A DNA stretch of 64,000 bases from an uncultured Thermoprotei archaeon. Lineage in GTDB: Archaea; Thermoproteota; Thermoprotei; Thermofilales; B15-G2. Location: NCBI GenBank assembly GCA_965367815.1, contig CBDUKN010000010.1, forward strand, positions 18,193 to 82,192, in the 5' to 3' direction. The position numbers and the translations under genes were made by a program. The notes beneath the pieces are model-generated. The model worked only from the letters and a program-made list of their open reading frames with translations, had not been told where the DNA came from and ran no database searches. Positions 7,937 to 17,150 of the stretch are shown piece by piece; within the stretch, counting starts at the first letter, position 1, and each line of letters begins with the position of its first letter.

Positions 7937-10765
7937 GTGTCTAGTGTTTTAGACATGTTTACTCCTCTCGTAAGAAAACTTATTGAGGAACGAGGGTTTA
8001 GTGAGCTTACTCCTCCACAGAAAGCAGCTATACCGCTTATATTGAAAGGACATAATGTGCTTATAGTTGCTCCCACTGGAACAGGTAAAACAGAAGCAGC
8101 AGTAATTCCTGTAGCTGACTTAATGTTGCGTGAAGAGCGGAGGCCTGGAGTAAAGCTAATTTATATTACTCCGCTGAGAGCTCTCAACCGCGATATTCTT
8201 GAGCGTATTGAGTGGTGGTTTAGAAAGCTAGATTTCCGCGTAGCTGTCCGCCACGGCGATACAAGTGCTTCTGAGAGACGTTTCCAGGCAATTCACCCGC
8301 CAGATGTGCTCGTAACGACTCCAGAGACTTTTCAGCTTCTTTTCCTCGGCAAGCTTCTCAAAAAGAGTCTTCTTTCGGTTAAATGGGTTATAGTAGACGA
8401 AGTACATGAAATTGCTTCGAGTAAAAGAGGAGTTCAGCTAGCTGTGCTCTTAAGGAGGCTGACTAGGCTAACGGGAAGCGAGCCTCAGATAATAGGGCTT
8501 TCAGCTACTGTAGGCAATCCCAGCGAAGTAGCGGAGTTCTTAGTGGGCTGCGGCAAAGAATGTAAAGTAGTTTACGTACCGGTAGCTAAGCAGATAGAAG
8601 TAAGTGTCGAGTACCCTAAGCCTTCTCGAGGAGACGAAGAAGAAGCAAGTAAACTTTACTTGAGGCCGGATGCTTTCGCCAGACTAAAGTTCATTAAGAA
8701 ACTAGTCTTAGAAAACAGAGCTGTTCTCATCTTCACTAACACTAGACCTATGGCAGAACTACTTTCCAGTAGATTTAAGCTATGGGACCCTAATCTACCT
8801 ATACATATTCACCATGGAAGCCTATCTGTTCTAAGTAGGACGAAAGCAGAGAGAATGCTGAAAACAGGCAAAGCTAAGGGAATTATATGTACTTCTTCGC
8901 TTGAACTTGGAATAGACGTAGGGCACATAGATCTTGTCGTGCAGTATAATTCGCCGCGCCAAGTATCGAAGCTAGTACAGAGAGTCGGTAGAAGCGGGCA
9001 TAGAATAGGTGAAGTTAGTAGGGGAGTAGTTGTTGTACAGAATACTGATGATGCTTTAGAAGCACTAGTCTTGAAGTATTTTCTAAGTAAAGAGAAAATA
9101 GAGCCTATTCAAATACCTGATAAGCCGTTAGATGTGCTTGCACATGAGTTACTAGGCTTGATTATAGCTGAAAAGAAAGTAGATTTAGCTAAAGCTTACC
9201 AGTTGTTCAAGGAATCTTATCCCTACAGGAATTTAGAGCTGCCTGAGTTTATGGACCTAGTATCTTTTCTCGAAGAAATTAGGCTAATTAGAAACATTGG
9301 AGGAGTACTCGTGCTAGGCGACAGAAAGTACGCATACAAGTATTTCTACTCGAATTTATCGATGATACCTGAAGTAAAGCAGTATATTGTAGTAGACGAA
9401 AAAGAAAAACTACCTGTAGGAGTACTAGACGACTTCTTTGTAGCACACTACTGTGAACCTGGAGTAAAATTCATTATGGCAGGTGCTCCCTGGAAAGTAA
9501 AGCAAGTATTCGAAGACACAGTGTACGTTGAGCCTGAAGAAGACTACACTGGAGCAATACCCAGCTGGATAGGAGAAGAAATTCCTGTTCCATTTGAAGT
9601 GGCACAGGAAGTAGGTAAAGTAAGGAAGCTTACGGAAACTCTTGCTCAAAAAGGATTGAGCTTAAGTGAAGTCGCCGAAGAAATCGCGAAGAAGTATGGG
9701 TGGTGTAGAGAAATCGTCCGTGAAGCTATTCGAGATGTCTACGAGATAGCTGCAAGGAAAATACCTGTACCTTCTCACGACACCATAGTAGTAGAGAAGT
9801 TCAAGGACATAATAGCAGTACACATGCACTTCGGAAATAGAGTAAACAGAACTATTGGACGCTACCTGGCCTATAAAATATCAGAGCTCTACGGAGTAAG
9901 CGTACATATAGCAGAAAAACCCTACGCAGTCTACATTAGGTCTAAGTGGATTACAGCCGAAGACATAGCAGAAATATTCTCAAAAATAAGCAGAGAAGAC
10001 TTCATTAAAACCCTTGAGAAAGGTCTGCCTGAAAGCAGGTTCTTTAAGTGGAGACTGACCCAAGTAGCCAGAAGAATAGGTGTCGTAGACCCCGAAGTTA
10101 GACTTACCCAAAGCATAATAGATAAACTAGCTTCAGCACTCAAAAATACTCCAGCTTACCGAGAAGCCCTCAAAGAAACTCTTCACAGAGACCTCGACTT
10201 AAATACAGCACTTAAAGTAGTAAACAAAATAGCTCGCAAAGAAATAACAATACACATTGTAAGCGGACCTACTCCGCTTGCTCAGCAATCGCTGCTCTAC
10301 GCAATTGAGTCAATGGAGCCAACAGGACTAAAAGACAGAAGAATGCTAGGCTTCCTCATATTCAAAGCAAAAATACTCTCAGCTACGGTAACAGTAGCCT
10401 GTCTATCCTGCGAAGAATACATAGAGGAGAAAAAGGCGCTCGAAGCAGAATACAAGCCATGTCCAATATGCGGATCAGAAGACATAGTTTTTAGCCTCAA
10501 GTCTCCCGAAGAGCTTTCCAGAGACATAGAGTACTATCGAGAAAAACCAAAAGCAAAGAAAAGCAAAAAACTAAAAAAGATAGCTCAACTCTACAAAAAA
10601 TACGGAATAAAAGCAGTATATGGGATAGCAGCAGGCTTCACATTAAAAGAACTATCACAAATACTCAAACAACAATACACGAACACAGACGAATACCTAA
10701 AAACACTATACATAAACCATAAAAGAAAACAACTAAAACAAGCTAATCTTTCACATAAGCTATGA
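7937..10765 (+). CDS. lhr: Lhr-like ATP-dependent DEAD/H helicase with C-terminal Zn finger
   Basis: APTGTGKT, DEVH, GLSATVG, HHGSLS, TSSLELGIDVG, QRVGRSGH, 'IPSWIGE'; CxxC...CxxC near the C-terminus. Confidence 0.93.
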   Translation: MSSVLDMFTPLVRKLIEERGFSELTPPQKAAIPLILKGHNVLIVAPTGTGKTEAAVIPVADLMLREERRPGVKLIYITPLRALNRDILERIEWWFRKLDFRVAVRHGDTSASERRFQAIHPPDVLVTTPETFQLLFLGKLLKKSLLSVKWVIVDEVHEIASSKRGVQLAVLLRRLTRLTGSEPQIIGLSATVGNPSEVAEFLVGCGKECKVVYVPVAKQIEVSVEYPKPSRGDEEEASKLYLRPDAFARLKFIKKLVLENRAVLIFTNTRPMAELLSSRFKLWDPNLPIHIHHGSLSVLSRTKAERMLKTGKAKGIICTSSLELGIDVGHIDLVVQYNSPRQVSKLVQRVGRSGHRIGEVSRGVVVVQNTDDALEALVLKYFLSKEKIEPIQIPDKPLDVLAHELLGLIIAEKKVDLAKAYQLFKESYPYRNLELPEFMDLVSFLEEIRLIRNIGGVLVLGDRKYAYKYFYSNLSMIPEVKQYIVVDEKEKLPVGVLDDFFVAHYCEPGVKFIMAGAPWKVKQVFEDTVYVEPEEDYTGAIPSWIGEEIPVPFEVAQEVGKVRKLTETLAQKGLSLSEVAEEIAKKYGWCREIVREAIRDVYEIAARKIPVPSHDTIVVEKFKDIIAVHMHFGNRVNRTIGRYLAYKISELYGVSVHIAEKPYAVYIRSKWITAEDIAEIFSKISREDFIKTLEKGLPESRFFKWRLTQVARRIGVVDPEVRLTQSIIDKLASALKNTPAYREALKETLHRDLDLNTALKVVNKIARKEITIHIVSGPTPLAQQSLLYAIESMEPTGLKDRRMLGFLIFKAKILSATVTVACLSCEEYIEEKKALEAEYKPCPICGSEDIVFSLKSPEELSRDIEYYREKPKAKKSKKLKKIAQLYKKYGIKAVYGIAAGFTLKELSQILKQQYTNTDEYLKTLYINHKRKQLKQANLSHKL

Positions 10766-11101
10766 GCTTCTGCTACGTATCGCCCATAGCAGTAAAACGC
10801 TACAAGTGTTCCTATAAAGTAGCCTATACAGGCCATAAATATCTTCCATACCAAAGGATTTAATATCCCACCAGGACGGTAAAAATTCTGCAGAAATATA
10901 GCCTACAGCTGCTCCAATAATACTCAAGATAATACCTATGGCTCCACTACCTATACCGATGAGATAAACAATAAATTCGCCAATAATCATGCCAACTAAT
11001 GCATTAATAATAACACTTAAGTCTCTATTTATCCGGTAACCAATGATTCCGCCTATAGAAAAGCCGATAATTCCGCTTATTTTACGGCTAAATATACACA
11101 T
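10760..11101 (-). pseudogene. Gly-rich multi-pass membrane protein, probably frameshifted
   Basis: Gly-zipper TM helices. The hydrophobic continuation 'ILNPLVWKIFMACIGYFIGTLVAF' lies in another frame near 10860. Confidence 0.4.
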
Positions 11102-11363
11102 GAGACTCCTCTCTCATCAATGAGTCTCAGAATCTTATACTTCTAGTCTATTATTTACTCTCTTTGAATAAAACCGCAGCCGCCGCTTATTCTCAGTGTT
11201 TTAGCTGCGGTTTATTTAATGGTAGAAAATATTTAAGACTTGTTGTGTTTAAGATAATATTGATTTTGTTTGTTGCTAGTTTACTGTGATGCTTATGGTG
11301 TTCAGAAGGTACGTGAGTATTTAATGGCGGCTGTAGGGTAGGTTGTTGGATTTCAGTAAGTGG

Positions 11364-11843
11364 TTAAGGTTTACTTATTTTTGTTGCTATTTCTTTTACT
11401 AGTTTTTCTGCTTTCTTTAGTGCTGTGTCTACGTCGTCTTTAGTACACCAGTTTTCGTAGAAACATATATGCATTGAACAAGCGTATGCCCAGGTATCAC
11501 GTACCCAGTCTCCTAGTTCGCTTGCTATGATAGATTTGTATATCCATAGCTCTCTGTGGCTTGTGAGACGTTTACCTTCTTTCCAGAAGGCATAGGCTTT
11601 AACGGCTAATGCTACTGCACCCCATATTTTCTCAGCAGCTTGCCTAATATTGTTTCTTTTAAGCTCTTTTTTAGCCTCGTCTAGGAGCTCAAATGATGCT
11701 TCAATATAGTCTTTTGCTCTATTTCTGGGATCTAGCTTTTGTGTTGCTATTTCAAGTAGGTATTCTTCTAGACTTAAATTAAGTTTAGAGGCTTCTTCTT
11801 TAAGTCTTTTGGCAATAATACCCTTTACTACTATAGTACTCAT
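11364..11843 (-). CDS. PaREP1-family (HEPN-like) protein with N-terminal RHH-like segment
   Basis: 'NNIRQAAEKIWGAVALAVKAYA...SHRELW...SMHICFYE' PaREP1 motif. Confidence 0.88.
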   Translation of the reverse strand: MSTIVVKGIIAKRLKEEASKLNLSLEEYLLEIATQKLDPRNRAKDYIEASFELLDEAKKELKRNNIRQAAEKIWGAVALAVKAYAFWKEGKRLTSHRELWIYKSIIASELGDWVRDTWAYACSMHICFYENWCTKDDVDTALKKAEKLVKEIATKISKP

Positions 11844-11905
11844 AATCTACTTACTTTATTCAAAAATCTACTTAAATTTTTCTTTAGATATTATTTAAGT
11901 AGATT
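11844..11905. promoter_or_regulatory. Triple AATCTACTTA motif upstream of PaREP1 (putative auto-operator)
   Basis: Direct copies at 11844 and 11865 (21 bp apart); perfect 13-bp inverted repeat 11865-11877 / 11893-11905. Confidence 0.55.
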
Positions 11906-11978
11906 ATGTGAAATACAATGTCAGGTATTTTGATTTATTCTCTGTTTGCTATGATGTGCTAAGGAAAAAATATTTGTG

Positions 11979-12088
11979 TAAAGTATATTTCTGGATATAC
12001 TTGTGAGAAATATACTTATTAGGAATACTGATCTTGCTCGCTAGAGTAGGGGTTGAGAGGAGAGTGCTTGTGCATAGTAGGAGGAAGG
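11979..12088 (+). repeat. Degenerate copy of the promoter and 5' end of the ATPase gene at 17112-17220
   Basis: TAAAGTATATTTCTGGATATACTTGTGAGAAATATACTT...GTAGGAGGAAG aligns by eye at roughly 80% to 17112-17220; this copy has TGG>TAG and an indel. Confidence 0.85.
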
Positions 12089-12099
12089 TTTCAGAAATA

Positions 12100-12880
12100 T
12101 AGAGGTGCTAAAGGTATGAGATTCTAGTGGAGCTATTGTAGAAGAGTCAGTAGAGCTAGAGGGAGAAGTTTTAGCAAAAAGAGTCTCTTCTAATGAAGTT
12201 TCAGCATTTACTGGTAAAGGATCATATTCCTATTAAAGCATCTAAGTCTATTTTAAGTATCAAAAACATCGATAACATACACACTAGTATAGCTCGATTT
12301 AAAAATGTTTTAAGGGATATTAAAACATATTCTTTTATACCTAAGGAAATTAAAGAAGAGAGCAAGGTAGGATTTAGTTTAGAGCTGAGTCGTACTGAGA
12401 GAACCTCGCTACTGTTCTTCACAACTTACTCGTATACGATAGAAAACACTTCCTAACTATTGAGGAGATATTGAAGAGTCTAGTACCTGAAGTAGAGGAA
12501 ATAGATGTTCCTTTAACTAAAGACGGCACTCATACCTATATTTGTGTACATGAAAGAGATCTAAGAGGATCTCTCAGTTTTGCTAATATTTCTGACAGCA
12601 CTTTAAGGCTACTAGCATTTATTATCGCTCTCTACTCAGATAAAAGTATTATTTGTTTCGAGGAACCTGAAAATAATGTACACTCCTATCTTTTTGAGAC
12701 TCTATTAGATCTTATGTGAAAATCTCCTTCACAAATACTCATTATGACACATTCCCCTTACCTATTGGACAAAGCTAAGTTAGAAGAGCTTAAAATAATA
12801 GTTAAACATAAAGGAAAAACTATTGTAAAAATGCTTACAGTCTCCCTTCATTAAATAAGATTAAAGCACTTTTAGAACAA
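12100..12880 (+). pseudogene. AAA_21/AAA_15-type ABC ATPase, fragmented
   Basis: Fragments 'ANISDSTLRLLAF', 'ICFEEPENNVH', an in-frame TGA at 12717, then 'QILIMTHSPYLLD'. Several frameshifts; the Walker A end is missing. Boundaries approximate. Confidence 0.8.
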
Positions 12881-12885
12881 GGAAG

Positions 12886-13424
12886 TTGAGTGAAATATTG
12901 ATCTTTGTAGAAGAACCTATAGACAGAGGAGTAGTCTCAGCTATTTTAGAAAAATTAAATTTAAGAAAAACTATTAAAATAAGATTAATGAGAGGCAATA
13001 GATTAGAACTTTTACCAAAATACGTTAATGCATACAAATGTAAAATAATAGTCTTAAAAGATCTTCATACACTTAATGAAAAATATCTTTTATCAAAATT
13101 TAATAGAATTAAAAATATGATAGAGCAATCGTCGAGAAAACACGTATACTTAATTATAGTTAAGAAAGCAATTGAAGCATGGCTTTTAGCCGATATAGAG
13201 TCTATCACTTCACACTATAAATGTAACATTAAAGTTCACATAGGAAATCCTGAAAAATAAGTGATCCTGCAGAAGAACTCGATAAAATACTCAGAAAATG
13301 CGGTAAAAGATACTTCAAAAACGAAAAATTAGCATATACTCTAGCCTTACAAATAGATATAGAAAAAGCATGTAAAAAATCAAATTCTCTATTAGAATTC
13401 ATTAAACTAATATCCTCCATTTAA
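12886..13424 (+). pseudogene. DUF4276-like (Toprim-type) partner protein, frameshifted
   Basis: 'IFVEEPID', 'VLKDLH', 'AIEAWLLAD'. Frameshift in the A-run near 13255, then 'ISDPAEEL...IDIEKACKKSNSLLEF...*' ending at 13424. Confidence 0.7.
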
Positions 13425-13532
13425 ACTTATCTAGAGTTAATAATAAAGCTTAGGGAGCTCGAAGTCCGGTAATAAATACTTAGTTTTTGAAGATATAGCG
13501 CTTAAATATCGAACTATAAGCACTAGCTTTCA

Positions 13533-14342
13533 CTATGATTTTCTGTTGCGCCTTTTTCTTCTATACAAAGTAATGAACGCAGCTACAAGCGAAGCTATGA
13601 ATATAATTAATGGAAGATTTCCTACAATAAAAGCAGTAATCTGAACACTTAGCTCCACAGGACCTAAATCCGCATTAGTATCATACAAAACATAGCTACT
13701 ATAGGAAGAAAATTGATATACTCCAGTAAGCTCTATAGCCTTAAAGAAAGCTTCCCTCGCATGACAAAGATCTCCTCGCACTAATATGCCAGTATCATAA
13801 TCGTATAGTAGATCAAAAAATAGTGAATAAACAGCATATATTCTTTGAGCACCCTGAGGAGTATTAGCATAATGTGGAGGATTTAGACCAGAGATTTCTA
13901 CTTTAATTTTAGTAATATTTCCTTTTTCCGAAGGAATAAATTTAGCAAAGTGTTTAGTATACCACACTAATTTACCCGTACTTTCATAAAGAAAATCAAC
14001 CTTACTCTTTCTAGGGTATCTTTCAAAAAACATATAAGTTACACCTATTCTTTCACCATTCATGAAAACTTCTCTCGTCAAAACATTTACTTTTACTACG
14101 CAGCTTTTACTATAATTAAGTAAAGTTATCTTTATATAAGCAATATCGTCCTCAACCTTAATAATCTCCCATTTCAATAAATAAAATGGCTTAAGTGTAT
14201 AACCATAAACCTTGTATATGAAGTAAGTACCTTTTCTTAACCATGGATAGGGCTGAGAAAATGACTTATATAAACTAGCAACAATCATTAGGGAAAGGAA
14301 TAGAAAAATGAAAAGAGTACTTATTTTAAGGTTTCTTAACAT
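13533..14342 (-). CDS. Surface-anchored hypothetical protein
   Basis: Signal-like N-terminus from ATG 14342, 'PWLRKGTYFIYKV', 'YDYDTGILV', and a C-terminal TM helix with a basic tail RRKRRNRKS. Confidence 0.7.
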   Translation of the reverse strand: MLRNLKISTLFIFLFLSLMIVASLYKSFSQPYPWLRKGTYFIYKVYGYTLKPFYLLKWEIIKVEDDIAYIKITLLNYSKSCVVKVNVLTREVFMNGERIGVTYMFFERYPRKSKVDFLYESTGKLVWYTKHFAKFIPSEKGNITKIKVEISGLNPPHYANTPQGAQRIYAVYSLFFDLLYDYDTGILVRGDLCHAREAFFKAIELTGVYQFSSYSSYVLYDTNADLGPVELSVQITAFIVGNLPLIIFIASLVAAFITLYRRKRRNRKS

Positions 14343-14826
14343 TAATAGACCCCTTAAGTGCTTTAGAATACCCGTATGTTCTCTGAACTCCTGCATATGC
14401 CTGATAATGTTCATAATATATTCCATTTCTAGTTATTATTTCAAAAGTTCTCTCACATATACATACCGCTGTAATAGATTCCTGAGACGCGGATAATCTG
14501 AGAGAATTACCTGTAGTATATCCCTCAGCAGCAACGCCTGAATCCGTTCTAAGCACTACATGTAATGGACCATAGTAAAGAACTCCCAGCACGTTAATGT
14601 AGCTAGAGCCTTTAGCTTCTTCATAACCGTAGTAAGGAATATCGTCAGTATAGTAGCCCCAAACTTCAGCTTTAACATAGTAGTTTGGATAGGGGCCAGC
14701 TATATCCGAGTCATAGTCACGATATTCTTGCGCAAATACTTTAATTGCAGTAATTGAAAACATAGTTATTATTGCCGCTAACAGTATTGATTTGAAGAGA
14801 ATTTTTAATATGTCTTTCCTATTCAT
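14326..14826 (-). CDS. Secreted Tyr/Gly-rich hypothetical protein
   Basis: GGTGA SD; signal peptide ending ...IKVFA|QE; mature part about 130 aa. Confidence 0.7.
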   Translation of the reverse strand: MNRKDILKILFKSILLAAIITMFSITAIKVFAQEYRDYDSDIAGPYPNYYVKAEVWGYYTDDIPYYGYEEAKGSSYINVLGVLYYGPLHVVLRTDSGVAAEGYTTGNSLRLSASQESITAVCICERTFEIITRNGIYYEHYQAYAGVQRTYGYSKALKGSINVKKP

Positions 14827-14877
14827 TCTGTCACCAAAAGTATTATATTTTTCGAGTATATATATTACGGTGTAGTA

Positions 14878-15804
14878 ATGGTCAAAAATATTGTCGAGGC
14901 TAAAGATTTGTGTAAAAACTTTGGTAAGATTAGGGCATTAGATCATTTGAATGCCATCTTTCCTAAGGGTATTTGCGGACTTATAGGACCTAATGGATCT
15001 GGAAAAACTACTTTTATCCATATCTTAGTAGGATTAGTGAAACCTGATAGCGGTAAAGCATATGTTCTTGGACATGATTCTCAGAAAGATTCGCTGAAAA
15101 TTAGGAGAAGAATTGGAGTACTGCTCGAAGACGAGAGTTTTCCCCAGAATTTATCTGTTTACGAGTACTTGAGATATGTGAGTAAAATTAAGGGATACAG
15201 TATTAGAAAAACTATTAGAATTTGTAAAGAAGTAGGTCTTTATGAGTACTTAGATAGGAAGATTAAGACTTTGTCTGCAGGAATGTTTAAAATGCTTGGT
15301 TTAGTGCAAGCATTAATTGGTGACCCCGAATTAGTAATACTCGATGAGCCTACAGCGAATTTAGATCCCTTAAAAAGAAAAAGACTTCTCAACTACATTC
15401 AAAGAGTACACAGAGAGAAAAAAGTAAATTTCCTAATTTCTTCTCATGTTCTGCCTGAATTAGAGGAAATATGTAACTGGGCAGTTTTCATATACAAAGG
15501 AAAGGCAATAGATCAAGGGTATCTTAAAGATCTCTATGTTAAGTACAGTACTGGAATTTATGAAATTATATCTGACAAGCCTAAAGTACTGGCAGAGTAT
15601 TTGAAAAGTTTTAAGAGTATAGATATTGTTGAAGAAAAAGACGATGTTTTGAGAATTAAAGTAAAAAACTATAGTGAATTGAAAAATGCATTATCTAAAG
15701 CACTTGCCGAAAAATCTATTCAAATAATTTCTTTTAGGCCTTTAGGAGGATTAAGAGAGGTGTTTAGCCGTGCTGTCGAAAAATATTCTGAGGTTATTAA
15801 TTAA
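14878..15804 (+). CDS. ABC-2 type exporter ATP-binding protein
   Basis: GPNGSGKT, LSAGM, ILDEPTANLD, ISSH. Confidence 0.9.
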   Translation: MVKNIVEAKDLCKNFGKIRALDHLNAIFPKGICGLIGPNGSGKTTFIHILVGLVKPDSGKAYVLGHDSQKDSLKIRRRIGVLLEDESFPQNLSVYEYLRYVSKIKGYSIRKTIRICKEVGLYEYLDRKIKTLSAGMFKMLGLVQALIGDPELVILDEPTANLDPLKRKRLLNYIQRVHREKKVNFLISSHVLPELEEICNWAVFIYKGKAIDQGYLKDLYVKYSTGIYEIISDKPKVLAEYLKSFKSIDIVEEKDDVLRIKVKNYSELKNALSKALAEKSIQIISFRPLGGLREVFSRAVEKYSEVIN

Positions 15805-16525
15805 TATAATGTCTCTTCAAATGAGCGTTACATGGTCTAGGCTAGTATTGTGGATAACTATTATACTGTTAATAACAATTACTCTACTCTATTATCAGTC
15901 AGCTCCATATACAGTAGATCCATATTCTGTGGAAATGAGTAAAATGGAAAGTTTGTCTGCTATGAGAGATGCCTTAGTATTATCTTCAATGATATATACG
16001 ATGATTTTGATTATTATAGGTGTAATGGCGTGGACTATGCCTTTAAAAAGATGCCTTGTTAAGACATTTTTGTCTCTGCCTATCGGTAGGAGTGTGTTTT
16101 TTATAGGTAATGTTTTTAATATTTTCTTGCCACCATTTATTGTTTTCTTGGTTGCTCATGTTTTTGCAGGACTATATATTTTGAGCTATGTATCAGTTTT
16201 TGATTTATTGTTACTATTTCCGCTCATTCTACTAAATACTTTATTTATTGTGTCTATTGTGACACTAATTTCTCTTATAGTAAAGGATAGTATAGTGTCG
16301 CTTTTCTTGGCTTCGTCTATTTTTCTTTTACCTTATCAATTTCCCATGCAACTTAAATACATTAATTCATGCTACTTTTACACGGTAACTGTTGCTTACA
16401 TATGGCACTGCGTAAAACATGTATCTTACTCTGAAGCTATAAACCTTATTGCAGTTACTTCTCTAGTGACTTCTATAGCACTGATTTTATCTTTTATTTA
16501 TTTTCTTAAAATGGATGTTGATTAG
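15770..16525 (+). CDS. ABC-2 type exporter permease
   Basis: About 6 TM helices, 'KTFLSLPIGRS', C-terminal 'FLKMDVD'; overlaps the ATPase gene. Confidence 0.8.
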   Translation: MLSKNILRLLINIMSLQMSVTWSRLVLWITIILLITITLLYYQSAPYTVDPYSVEMSKMESLSAMRDALVLSSMIYTMILIIIGVMAWTMPLKRCLVKTFLSLPIGRSVFFIGNVFNIFLPPFIVFLVAHVFAGLYILSYVSVFDLLLLFPLILLNTLFIVSIVTLISLIVKDSIVSLFLASSIFLLPYQFPMQLKYINSCYFYTVTVAYIWHCVKHVSYSEAINLIAVTSLVTSIALILSFIYFLKMDVD

Positions 16526-16533
16526 GTGAGAAT

Positions 16534-17022
16534 ATGAAAGTTCAGAAAATAGGCGAAATATTAGTCATGTTGGGTATCGCGATTTTACTGTCTAATTTAA
16601 TAAGGTCAAGTAACTATAGTGAATGTTGCGGTTTCTTGTTAAAGCCTAGTAAAGAGGCTATTGAGGGATTTAGACTTCCTCCGAGAAATATTAGGTTTGA
16701 GGTAAACGTCAAAGGAGGGAGTATTGACCTATACTTTTTGAGCGAAAATGATTTTAAGAAGATGAAGGAAGGGAAAGTTGCTTATATTAAGTATTTTCAT
16801 AATATAACTAGTTTGCAATGGGAATTTACTGTTGAGCGTGGAAACTATTTTATTTTAATAAAACCTATTAAGTTTACTGATAATGAAGTGTTCGTCGAAG
16901 TATACTTGACTCTTTATGGTATAGAAAGAGATATGACCTATATTGGGTTTAGTTTAATATCAGTGGGAATAGCGCTAGTGTGTCTTACTAAAGTATTCAA
17001 AAGAGCTAATGAATTTAAATAA
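16534..17022 (+). CDS. Membrane protein with extracellular beta domain
   Basis: TM helices at both ends; GGTGA SD; follows the permease after 8 nt. Confidence 0.65.
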   Translation: MKVQKIGEILVMLGIAILLSNLIRSSNYSECCGFLLKPSKEAIEGFRLPPRNIRFEVNVKGGSIDLYFLSENDFKKMKEGKVAYIKYFHNITSLQWEFTVERGNYFILIKPIKFTDNEVFVEVYLTLYGIERDMTYIGFSLISVGIALVCLTKVFKRANEFK

Positions 17023-17113
17023 TATAATTTCAATTTGTTAGAAAGCTGTGTTGCACAGCTTAAGGAAAGAAGTTATTTCAAGAAGGAGCGGCTGGAAGTG
17101 TAACGTTTATATA

Positions 17114-17150
17114 AAGTATATTTCTGAATATACTTGTGGAAAATATACTT
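17114..17150. promoter_or_regulatory. Palindromic operator at the ATPase start
   Basis: Perfect AAGTATATT-TCTG-AATATACTT (17114-17135) abutting the GTG start, plus a third half-site at 17142-17150. Confidence 0.55.

Noticed and set aside
12717-12719. In-frame TGA in the AAA_21 ATPase as selenocysteine or readthrough
   Set aside because: The gene has several other frameshifts, the position is not a Cys site, and no SECIS-like element is evident; simple decay explains it.
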